Shown here one piece after another: positions 17,032 to 25,286 of a DNA stretch of 27,025 nucleotides. The position numbers and the translations under genes are program-made. The stretch's first letter is position 1. The number at the start of each line of letters is the position of its first letter. This DNA comes from Candidatus Hydrogenedentota bacterium. GTDB lineage: Bacteria > Hydrogenedentota > Hydrogenedentia > Hydrogenedentales > SLHB01. The notes beneath the pieces are model-generated. The model was given only the letters and a program-made list of their open reading frames with translations, searched no databases and was not told the origin of the DNA. Location: NCBI GenBank assembly GCA_045863295.1, contig BTWA01000053.1:1-27025 (forward strand), given 5' to 3'.

Positions 17032-17892
17032 GTGTCGCTATTCAAGAGTCTGTTCAAGGGTTCCGGACACGGCGTGGACGAACTCGCGCGCCGTATGGGC
17101 ATGTCCACCCAGGAATTGACCGCCCTCGTTCCCACGTATTCCTCGTTCTCTATTCCTAAACGCAGCGGAGGCCAACGGAAAATACTTGCTCCTGACCCGG
17201 ATTTGAAGCGCGTGCAGCGGCTCGTATTGCGACGCCTTCTGGCACGGCTGCGGTCGCACCCGCATGCCGTCGGATTTGAGCATGGACATTCGATTGTGAC
17301 TAACGCGGCGTGCCACGTAAATCAGGCCGTGGTGGCCAAGCTCGATATCGTTGACTTCTTTTCCAGCACCACAGCCAAGAGAATTGAGAAATACTTTCAG
17401 TTCATCGGCTGGAACCGTGAAGCCGCCGCGTTGCTGACAAAACTGTGCACCCACGAAGGCGCCCTCCCGCAAGGCGCTCCCACCAGTCCCCGCCTGAGCA
17501 ATCTGGTGAATTTCGGACTTGATGCCGGGCTGACCGCGCTGGCCGCACAGGCCAGCGCCACGTATACTCGATATGCGGACGACATCACCTTTTCCTTTCC
17601 CAAGGACGATATCGACAGCATCAAGTTGGTTCTCAACACCGCGCGGTTGAGCCTCGTGGAAGCAGGATACAAAGTGCACGTCCGGAAAAAACGCAAAGTC
17701 CTGCGGCGGCACCAACGGCAGCAAGTAACTGGCCTTGTCGTAAACCAAAAAGTTCAATTGCCGCGCAAGACGCGACGCTGGCTTCGCGCAGTGAGGTACC
17801 GCGCAGTGAATGGTGCCGAAGCGACGCTATCGCCAGCACAGATCGCAGGATGGGATGCCCTGGAACGGATGATTTCCTCACAACGTGGCTGA
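17032..17892 (+). CDS. Retron-type reverse transcriptase
   Basis: IPKRSGGQRKILAP, region X NAACH (NAxxH), DIVDFF, LPQGAPTSP, catalytic YADD and region Y QQVTGLVVN; GTG start with GAGGGA SD at 17021-26. Confidence 0.92.
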   Translation: MSLFKSLFKGSGHGVDELARRMGMSTQELTALVPTYSSFSIPKRSGGQRKILAPDPDLKRVQRLVLRRLLARLRSHPHAVGFEHGHSIVTNAACHVNQAVVAKLDIVDFFSSTTAKRIEKYFQFIGWNREAAALLTKLCTHEGALPQGAPTSPRLSNLVNFGLDAGLTALAAQASATYTRYADDITFSFPKDDIDSIKLVLNTARLSLVEAGYKVHVRKKRKVLRRHQRQQVTGLVVNQKVQLPRKTRRWLRAVRYRAVNGAEATLSPAQIAGWDALERMISSQRG

Positions 17893-17898
17893 CTGCGC

Positions 17899-19248
17899 CT
17901 ATCCCTTGCTTCCATTGCGAATGCAATAGACCCGCGCGGCCGTGCGAATCAGAAGATTGTCGCCGGCGATCGCGGGGGTAGCCATGCCCATATCATCTTC
18001 CGCCAGGGTATTTTGTCCCAGCAACTCGAACGTATCGCCCGCTTTTACAACAAAAGTCTCGCCATCTTCGTTCAGACAAAAGATCTTTCCATCATACGCC
18101 CAGGGAGACGTGGTGAAACCACCGGTTGCGGGAAATTTCTGCTGCTCGTAAATGAGTGAGCCGTCTTTGGCGTTATAGCAGGAAAACAGCGCGCGATCGT
18201 AGAGAATGTACATGCGGTCGCCGTACACCAACGTCGAGGGATTGTACGGTGCGGCCAAGGGTTGCGCCCACGCCACGAATTCGTTCGACGTTTGTCCCTC
18301 GGCCAACGATATGTCACCGCTGGCGCCGGGCTTAATTGCGAATACGGGCCGTTTTTTGTCGCGCACGTACCCCGAACTCAGGTATAGGAGCCCGTCCGCG
18401 GAATAAGGCGTGGCAATTGTAATGCTCGACATGCCCTTCAAGGACCATAGTTCTTTACCGTTGAGATCATACGATCGGGTGGCCCGAGTTCCCGGTGTCA
18501 CAATTTCAGTGCGTTGGTCGTTCACCCAAACATACGGCGTTGACCAATTGGACTTCTCTTCCCGCACAACCCGCCAAATCTCATTACCGGTCTTCTTGTC
18601 CAGCGCCCACAAATAGGATTCCTCGTCGTTGTCATTGACAATATAAAGCCGATCTTCATGCAGCACAGGCGATGCCGCCGTCCCCCAGCCAAACCGCGTC
18701 TTTTGCTGTTTTACCGGCCTTTCCCAAACAATATTGCCTTTGAAATCAAGGCACCAGAGTCCGAGGTTTCCAAAATACGCGTAGACATGTTCACCATCGG
18801 TGACGGGAGTCTCCGAAGCATAGCTGTTCTTGATGTGGCGCGAAGCGGTGGGCTTGCCTTCGTGCACTTGCTTTTCCCAGAGAACATCGCCGGAATCCAA
18901 ATCGAGGCAATATACCTTCCACACATGGACAGAATCCGGAGCGTCCTTGCGATCGCCGCCCAAATAAAGCCCCTTCTTCGCGTCTTCAATTTCACCCTGG
19001 CTAACGACCGTTGTAAGGAACACGTTTTTGCCCCAGACCACGGGCGAAGACCAACCCCGGCCAGGCATGTCGAACTTCCACGCAACGTTTTCGGTTGTGG
19101 ACCACGTTGCGGGCAGGTTCGTACCCTCTGCGATGCCGCGCGATTCCGGACCGCGGAATTGGGGCCAATGGGTCTGGCCATTCGCATGCATGGCTGTGAA
19201 AACGCACAAGACAAAAAGGACCGTACCGGTCAAGCGTTCATAGTGCAT
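17899..19248 (-). CDS. Secreted PQQ-like beta-propeller repeat protein
   Basis: Signal peptide, WPQFRGP, GWSSPVVWG, ASETPVTDG, WSTP and ATPAIA repeats. Confidence 0.85.
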   Translation of the reverse strand: MHYERLTGTVLFVLCVFTAMHANGQTHWPQFRGPESRGIAEGTNLPATWSTTENVAWKFDMPGRGWSSPVVWGKNVFLTTVVSQGEIEDAKKGLYLGGDRKDAPDSVHVWKVYCLDLDSGDVLWEKQVHEGKPTASRHIKNSYASETPVTDGEHVYAYFGNLGLWCLDFKGNIVWERPVKQQKTRFGWGTAASPVLHEDRLYIVNDNDEESYLWALDKKTGNEIWRVVREEKSNWSTPYVWVNDQRTEIVTPGTRATRSYDLNGKELWSLKGMSSITIATPYSADGLLYLSSGYVRDKKRPVFAIKPGASGDISLAEGQTSNEFVAWAQPLAAPYNPSTLVYGDRMYILYDRALFSCYNAKDGSLIYEQQKFPATGGFTTSPWAYDGKIFCLNEDGETFVVKAGDTFELLGQNTLAEDDMGMATPAIAGDNLLIRTAARVYCIRNGSKG

Positions 19249-19304
19249 GGTGGGGGGCTCCAAGTTGTGGTTTTGGCCATAGTCAATGAATCGCGAAGCT
19301 GCAG

Positions 19305-21050
19305 CTACTCCTTTGCCGCAGCCGATGTCTTCAATGCATCCAGCGCGTCGTCAATCCATGTCTTCACCGATTTGGTGACTTCGCTTAAAGGAAGCGTGCC
19401 GGACTCGCCAGTATCGCGCCGTTTCCATTCCACCTGACCTTCCTTGAGATTACGTTCACTCACGATGAGCCGGTATGGAATGCCAATCAAGTCGGCATCG
19501 GCGAACTGAACGCCGGGCCGCTCATCGCGATCGTCAAACAGCACTTCAATGCCGGCCGCTTCGAGTTCTCCGACAAGCCGATCAGCCGTCTCTTTGACAC
19601 CCTCGGCGGACAGCTTCAGCGCGTTGACATGAACCTGCCAAGGAGCAATGGAAATCGGCCAGATGGGTCCGAACTTGTCCCGGTGCACTTCCATGACGGA
19701 ACTCATTAACCGCCCGACGCCAATGCCGTAGCAGCCCATAATCGGCACTTGCTTTTTACCTTGTTCGTCATCGTATTCCATGCCCATGGACTGCGAATAC
19801 TTGGCGCCCAACTGAAAGATATTGCCGACTTCAATTCCGCGTTTGAGGTGTAGGGTGCCGTTTCCGTCCGGGCTCCCGTCCCCTTCCTGTACAGACGCGA
19901 TTTCCACCGTGGCAATACCCGGCAGGTCACGGTCGAGGTTGAAGTTCTTGTAGTGGTAGTCTGCCTCGTTGGCGCCCGTAACGAGGTTGTTCGTCGACTT
20001 CACCGTGTGGTCGATCACCAGACGTACTTTCCGCGTATCCAACCCCATCGGCGAGGCAAATCCAGGCTCAGCGCCTGCCTCTCGGATTCTCGCATCGGCT
20101 GCGGGCACTGGCATTTTCTGGATGATTTTGGCCAGTTTCATTTCATTCACTTCGCGATCGCCGCGAATCAATGCCAGCACCAGCCGGCCTTCGGCATCGG
20201 AATCGTAGAAAACGGCCTTCGCTGTCTGGTGATGCGGTACACCCAAAAAGCCAGCCACTTCTTCTATCGTTTTGTGGCCGGGTGTATGCACCTTTTCCAG
20301 CGGATATGGATCGGACGAATGGCCTTGAATTACCCCCGTGGCCACCTCCATGTTCGCGTAGTAGTCGCCGGATTCGCTGATGACTATGGTGTCCTCACCC
20401 ACCTCGGTGAGGAGAATGAATTCGTGCGCCACCTTGCCGCCCATCATGCCTGTATCGGATTCCACCGCGACCACCTGCGGCAGCCCCGCGCGGGCGAATA
20501 TGCGGTGATAGGCCACGTAACAATCCCGGTAGTACACGCGGAGGTCATCTTCGTTGACGTGAAACGAATATCCGTCCTTCATGGTGAATTCCCGGACCCG
20601 GATCAAGCCGCCCCGCGAGCGGGGTTCATCCCGAAACTTGGTCTGAATCTGGTACACCATGAACGGAAGCTGCATATAGCTGCTGACCTCGCCGCGGCAA
20701 AGGTGAACCACGCCTTCTTCGTGGGTCATGGCAAGCACCATGTCGTGATCGGTGCGATCCTTGAATCGAACTAACTCGTTTCCAACCGCTTGGTACCGGC
20801 CGGATTCCTCCCACAATTCCCGGGGTTGCACCAGCGGCATCAGGATTTCCTGCCCGCCAATGCGGTTCATTTCCTCTCGAATGATTTGCTCGATTTTCCG
20901 GCAAACCCGGAGCCCCGGCGGCAACAACGAATAGATGCCGTTGGCCACCTGACGAGCATAGCCTCCGCGCAACAAAAATGCATGGCTGTCCAGCGTGGCT
21001 TCCGCGGGACGTTCCTTGTAACGATGTCCAACCAACCGGCTCATGCGCAT
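19305..21050 (-). CDS. proS: Proline--tRNA ligase (bacterial type with INS editing domain)
   Basis: QTKFRDEPRSRGGLIRVREFTMKD, IEVGNIFQLG, MGCYGIGVGR and DADLIGIP motifs. Confidence 0.96.
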   Translation of the reverse strand: MRMSRLVGHRYKERPAEATLDSHAFLLRGGYARQVANGIYSLLPPGLRVCRKIEQIIREEMNRIGGQEILMPLVQPRELWEESGRYQAVGNELVRFKDRTDHDMVLAMTHEEGVVHLCRGEVSSYMQLPFMVYQIQTKFRDEPRSRGGLIRVREFTMKDGYSFHVNEDDLRVYYRDCYVAYHRIFARAGLPQVVAVESDTGMMGGKVAHEFILLTEVGEDTIVISESGDYYANMEVATGVIQGHSSDPYPLEKVHTPGHKTIEEVAGFLGVPHHQTAKAVFYDSDAEGRLVLALIRGDREVNEMKLAKIIQKMPVPAADARIREAGAEPGFASPMGLDTRKVRLVIDHTVKSTNNLVTGANEADYHYKNFNLDRDLPGIATVEIASVQEGDGSPDGNGTLHLKRGIEVGNIFQLGAKYSQSMGMEYDDEQGKKQVPIMGCYGIGVGRLMSSVMEVHRDKFGPIWPISIAPWQVHVNALKLSAEGVKETADRLVGELEAAGIEVLFDDRDERPGVQFADADLIGIPYRLIVSERNLKEGQVEWKRRDTGESGTLPLSEVTKSVKTWIDDALDALKTSAAAKE

Positions 21051-21258
21051 GACAAACGATTACTCCAGACGTGATGATGGATTCCGGGTGCGATACGAAA
21101 GGCGTAGTTATAGCAGAAAAGACGCTGCATGGGCATCTTCAGCGCCGGCCTATGTTGCCTGAATACAGACGTCGGTTCCGCGCCCCCGCTGGAAGCGCCG
21201 GTGCCTTTTCCGTAAAATCAGGCGTTTGTCCGGAAATCCGATGATCGGGAGTTCTTGC

Positions 21259-22530
21259 ATGTCCCTCTACCATGAGCTTGTCTGGCGCCGAATGGTGCAT
21301 CAAATCACTTCGGATGAACTGCCCGCCTTTCTGGAGAAGGAATCGTTCACCGTCTACGCGGGCTTTGATCCGACGGCCGACAGCCTGCATGTGGGACACC
21401 TGCTTCCCGTGATGGGACTCGTTCACTGCCAACGGGCGGGGCATCGCCCCATCGCCGTTGTGGGCGGCGCTACGGGTATGATCGGCGATCCAAGCGGCAA
21501 ATCCTCGGAACGGAATCTGCTGGACGAACAGGCCATTGAACGCAACGTAAACGGACTTCGCGGGCAACTGGAAAAGTTTCTGGATTTCTCCGGCGAACGC
21601 GGCGCGCTGCTTGTGAACAATCATGACTGGATTGGCGATCTGACGCTCATCCGGTTCTTGCGCGACGTCGGCAAGCACTTCTCGGTCAACGCCATGATGG
21701 CCAAGGATTCGGTGAAAAACCGGATTGAGAACCGTGAGCAGGGTATTTCATTTACGGAATTCACCTATAGCCTATTGCAGGCGTTTGATTACTACCACTT
21801 GTGCGCGACCTACGGATGCCGACTGCAGATCGGCGGCAGCGACCAGTGGGGCAATATCGTCGCGGGCACGGACCTGATACGCCGGCTGCTCCGGCAGGAA
21901 GCCTATGGCTTGACCTTTCACCTGCTGGAGAAAAGTGACGGGACAAAATTCGGCAAAACTGAATCCGGCGCCGTATGGCTCGATCCGAATCGAACCTCTC
22001 CGTACAAGTTTTACCAGTTCTGGATTAATACGGCGGATTCCGACGTGCCGCGAATGCTGCGCACATTTACGTTGCTCTCCCATGATGAAACCGAGGCGCT
22101 CGAATCAGCCGCCGTCGACGCCCCGGAAAAGCGAGAAGCGCAAAAGAAACTGGCCGGGGAAGTCACGCGCATGGTCCACGGCGATGACGCACTCCAAAAT
22201 GCCATCCGCGCGAGCCAGGCCATGTTTGGAGGCGACATCAAAGGACTGGACGACGCGACCCTGCTCGAGATCTTTGACGAAGTCCCGTCCATTGAGTTGC
22301 CCGCCGCGAGTCTGGGCGAGGCAAAACTCTTGATCGATGTGCTGGTGGAGACGAACGTGTTTCCCAGCAAGGGCGAAGCGCGACGCATGATTCAGAACGG
22401 CGGTCTCTACTTGAACGGCGAGCGCGCCACGCTCGACAGCCGCGTGAACGAGCAGGCGCTGTGCTCGGCGAGTATCGCCGTCGTGCGCAAGGGCAAAAAG
22501 GACTATCACCTGCTGAAATTCGTGGAGTAA
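21259..22530 (+). CDS. tyrS: Tyrosine--tRNA ligase
   Basis: YAGFDPTADSLHVGH, QIGGSDQWGN, KFGKT and C-terminal S4 domain (SKGEARRMI, RKGKK); GGGAG SD before ATG 21259. Confidence 0.96.
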   Translation: MSLYHELVWRRMVHQITSDELPAFLEKESFTVYAGFDPTADSLHVGHLLPVMGLVHCQRAGHRPIAVVGGATGMIGDPSGKSSERNLLDEQAIERNVNGLRGQLEKFLDFSGERGALLVNNHDWIGDLTLIRFLRDVGKHFSVNAMMAKDSVKNRIENREQGISFTEFTYSLLQAFDYYHLCATYGCRLQIGGSDQWGNIVAGTDLIRRLLRQEAYGLTFHLLEKSDGTKFGKTESGAVWLDPNRTSPYKFYQFWINTADSDVPRMLRTFTLLSHDETEALESAAVDAPEKREAQKKLAGEVTRMVHGDDALQNAIRASQAMFGGDIKGLDDATLLEIFDEVPSIELPAASLGEAKLLIDVLVETNVFPSKGEARRMIQNGGLYLNGERATLDSRVNEQALCSASIAVVRKGKKDYHLLKFVE

Positions 22531-22594
22531 TGCCGGATACAGGTGAATTGTTTACCGCTGTGAGTAAAATAACGCTTTGCTCCTGACGAAACCT

Positions 22595-22603
22595 TGGTAT
22601 AAT
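22595..22603 (+). promoter_or_regulatory. Extended -10 promoter element
   Basis: TGgTATAAT at 22595-22603 upstream of the DUF1232 gene. Confidence 0.5.
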
Positions 22604-22712
22604 GACGCAGGTCAAGGCAATTGGGACAACCGCGGCGCAAGGAAGCCGCGCGTTCCGGAAAGTCGTACCGGCGTATCTTTCGGGATCAATCAGCGAAAGG
22701 GCCCGTGTTCCG

Positions 22713-23186
22713 GTGTCCAAAAAGAAACGTAAACACTTTCACATCGCCGCCAGCGCGTCCAAACACCCATCGCATACCCAGCCCCCACTTCCCGCGGCCT
22801 TCGTGGAGGCCAAGGCCCGCGCCGAAGGCCTGCTGGACAATCCGGCGAAGATGGAAGAAGTCATTCACAAAGCGATCGCCAACGCTCCCCACATGCGCAA
22901 TAGTTCGCAGGAACGGGTGTGGAAATACATTTCCATTTTCCTGCGGCTCATCAGCGCCTACGTGCACGGCGGATACAGGAAGGCCGGCCGCTCATCGCTG
23001 GTGTTGATGACCGCCGCCCTCGTCTACTTCGTCACGCCCGGCGATCTCATTCCCGATATGCTGCCCAATCTAGGCCATCTCGATGACCTGGTCATCGTCG
23101 CGTACGTCGTCGCCACGACACAAAAAGACATCGACGCGTTCCTCACATGGGAAGCGCAACAACGACAGGCGTCGGGCGACCGGTAA
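22713..23186 (+). CDS. YkvA/DUF1232 family protein
   Basis: ALVYFVTPGDLIPDMLPNLGHLDD motif. Start uncertain; GTG 22713 preferred because ATG 22602 overlaps the -10 element. Confidence 0.78.
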   Translation: MSKKKRKHFHIAASASKHPSHTQPPLPAAFVEAKARAEGLLDNPAKMEEVIHKAIANAPHMRNSSQERVWKYISIFLRLISAYVHGGYRKAGRSSLVLMTAALVYFVTPGDLIPDMLPNLGHLDDLVIVAYVVATTQKDIDAFLTWEAQQRQASGDR

Positions 23187-23191
23187 AACGA

Positions 23192-24055
23192 TCAGTAAAT
23201 CAGTTCGGACCAGCGCTCGCCCGCAACCATTTCCTTCTTGCGGCGCCGCCACTTCTCTTCCGACCCCGCGATGGTGCTCATCGCTTTGTCCATCATTTCG
23301 CGCACGGGTTCCAGACCCGCCAAGTACACGTAGGTGTCCGGGCTCTGAACCAGCTTCCACACCTCGTCCGCGTTCTGTTCGAGCGTATGATCCAGGCTAA
23401 TCGGCTCATCCAAGTACGGCCGCGGGCTCACGGCTTCAAACGCCTGAAACGTCGTCTCGTCGTAATAATTGCCAAGGTCGTTCTTCAGGTCGTTCATATA
23501 AAGTAATTCGAGGCCGGTCTTCGCGCCGTAGAACAACCGCACCTGGCCTTTCCAGCCGTGCTTCTTCGCGTAGATATGGCGGACAAAGGCGCGGAACGGG
23601 GCGATTCCAGTGCCCAGACCAACCATCATGATATTGGAATGCACATCCTCAGGGAGCTTGAAAACGCTGGGATAGGGGCCGCTCAGGGGAACGACTTCGC
23701 CAACCGCACGGTCGCACAAGAAATGGGACGCCACACCGGGATACCGCTCACCGTTGACTTCGTCGATGTAGAAACAGCGCCGCACGCAAAGCGCTATCGC
23801 GGCCGAGCTGCCATTGTGGCCGGGCTCAAAACCCGCGATAGAATACAGCCTGAAATGTTCGTCGTTGCCAAACTCGTGGGGGCCGGGAACCGATACGCCG
23901 ATGCTTTGACCCACTTCCAATTTCATCCCAATGCGGTCAAGTTCCAAAACGATATGGCGCACTTCGTCCTTATAGTCCTCGGGCGTCAGGCGGACGCTCT
24001 CGAGAACCGTTCCATTAAATGTGACACGTTGATCGAAGTCCTTGAGCGTAGACAT
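23192..24055 (-). CDS. Ferredoxin--NADP+ reductase, plant/cyanobacterial (PetH/BoxA C-domain) type
   Basis: GQSIGV, RLYSIA, LCVRR, GVASHFLCD, GTGIAPFR, LFYG, VYLAGL and C-terminal WSELIY; AAGGGGG SD before ATG 24055. Confidence 0.82.
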   Translation of the reverse strand: MSTLKDFDQRVTFNGTVLESVRLTPEDYKDEVRHIVLELDRIGMKLEVGQSIGVSVPGPHEFGNDEHFRLYSIAGFEPGHNGSSAAIALCVRRCFYIDEVNGERYPGVASHFLCDRAVGEVVPLSGPYPSVFKLPEDVHSNIMMVGLGTGIAPFRAFVRHIYAKKHGWKGQVRLFYGAKTGLELLYMNDLKNDLGNYYDETTFQAFEAVSPRPYLDEPISLDHTLEQNADEVWKLVQSPDTYVYLAGLEPVREMMDKAMSTIAGSEEKWRRRKKEMVAGERWSELIY

Positions 24056-24284
24056 GTTGCCCCCTTGGCTGGGCGCGGTAACCAATTGCCTGGCGGCACG
24101 TTACGCGGCCCCTTGTTGTGGGATTCGAATCCGGTCGCCGGATGCGCCTCGTTCCCCCGTGGCGCATCCAACCGGGTTTCGATCCGGTGCTGGATGTATC
24201 ACGCATCCATGATGCCATGGATCGGATTCGCAAATCTAGCTGAAGTGTATCACATCCACCCGCAACGCGCTATTTTGTGCGCGT

Positions 24285-25142
24285 TTATTGAGCCGTCGGC
24301 TCAAGGGCCTCGGGCGCTTGCTGCGGTGCCGTCGGGGCGGAAGGCTCGAAAATCGTAATCTTGTTGTCCACCTTCTCCACACCCGCGATGCTCAGCGCGA
24401 TGTCCTCGGCCACTTGCTTCTGCTCGTCCGCATCCACCGTCCCCGTGAGAATGCAGGTCGCGTCGACCACGTCGACGCTCAGATTGCGAATGCTCACACG
24501 GCGGTTCAACAATATGGCCGTCTCAATCCGCTTCTCGAGATACTCGTCCGACACTTCGCGAACCACGCCGGACACCGGGGCCAACGGCTCGCGCTCCTGA
24601 ACCGTCAAATTGTTGATGACCGTCTCGACCCCCCGCGTCTCGCTGGCGACCAATCCGATATTGTCTTTCTGAAAATTCGTATTTACCACGCCGTACAGCG
24701 TAACCTCGCCCCCGGCCACGTCCACCCCAATCCGCAACCCCTTGAACTCGCGATGATACAACAACCGCGAACGAATGGCCGCCGCAAGTGACATGTCGTC
24801 CACCCGCTCCCGCCACGACCGCTTCGGACGATCGGACACCACCGTCGGCACGACGGTCAGATTGTTCTTAACCTCGGTGACCCCCTCGACCGACTTGGCT
24901 ATGTCCTCGGCCAGCCGGTGTTGCACCTCGTCCGCGACGCTGCCGGTCAGCGTCACCACGCCGCTCTGGGTAGTCGTATTGATGTTCAATGGGTTCAGAT
25001 ACTTGTTCAGCAAGAACGTCGTCTCAATCCGCGCCGTAATGGCGGCATCCTCCACGGCCCGCTTCGTATCCTCCACCACTTGGGCATTTGAAACAAAACA
25101 GAAAAACACCAAACCCATTGCCAATAGTATCCGTGCCCGCAT
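24285..25142 (-). CDS. Secreted BON domain protein (three BON domains, OsmY-like)
   Basis: Signal peptide and three repeats of D..I...I.....L...I.V.....V.L.G.V.........A..V.GV..V.N; GGGAGA SD before ATG 25142. Confidence 0.88.
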   Translation of the reverse strand: MRARILLAMGLVFFCFVSNAQVVEDTKRAVEDAAITARIETTFLLNKYLNPLNINTTTQSGVVTLTGSVADEVQHRLAEDIAKSVEGVTEVKNNLTVVPTVVSDRPKRSWRERVDDMSLAAAIRSRLLYHREFKGLRIGVDVAGGEVTLYGVVNTNFQKDNIGLVASETRGVETVINNLTVQEREPLAPVSGVVREVSDEYLEKRIETAILLNRRVSIRNLSVDVVDATCILTGTVDADEQKQVAEDIALSIAGVEKVDNKITIFEPSAPTAPQQAPEALEPTAQ

Positions 25143-25210
25143 ACAACAGTCTCCCTGGTCAGCCTTCGACGATATAATGTCTGTAAGTGCGGGCACAGTT
25201 CCACACACTT

Positions 25211-25273
25211 AGGCAGACGTCCAGTCTGCCTTCTCAAATGTGTGTCCACGCGCGGCAGACGGGGATGTCTGCC
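25211..25273. repeat. Pair of REP-like palindromes GGCAGAC-N5/6-GTCTGCC
   Basis: AGGCAGAC-gtcca-GTCTGCCT (25211-31) and GGCAGAC-ggggat-GTCTGCC (25254-73). Confidence 0.55.
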
Positions 25274-25286
25274 ATTCCAACATTTC

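Noticed and set aside
16763..17159. ORFs 16785-17159 (+) and 16763-16969 (-) as a retron effector
   Set aside because: No SD or recognisable domain; they overlap the promoter and structured ncRNA (the first also the RT start), so they are probably shadow ORFs.
17038..17757. 239-aa antisense ORF inside the RT
   Set aside because: Typical antisense shadow in GC-rich coding DNA, with no motifs.
17032..17892. RT as a group II intron, DGR or CRISPR-associated RT
   Set aside because: No maturase/X or HNH domain, no intron domain V/VI, no TR/VR repeat pair or avd, and no cas1 or array; NAxxH and VTG point to a retron.
21051..21258. T-box leader between divergent proS and tyrS
   Set aside because: The region is short and shared, and no T-box motif (AAGGTGGTACC-like) or terminator/antiterminator is visible.
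24121..24135. GGATTCGAATCC as a tRNA T-arm or attachment-site remnant
   Set aside because: No cloverleaf can be built around it on either strand, and no integrase is nearby.
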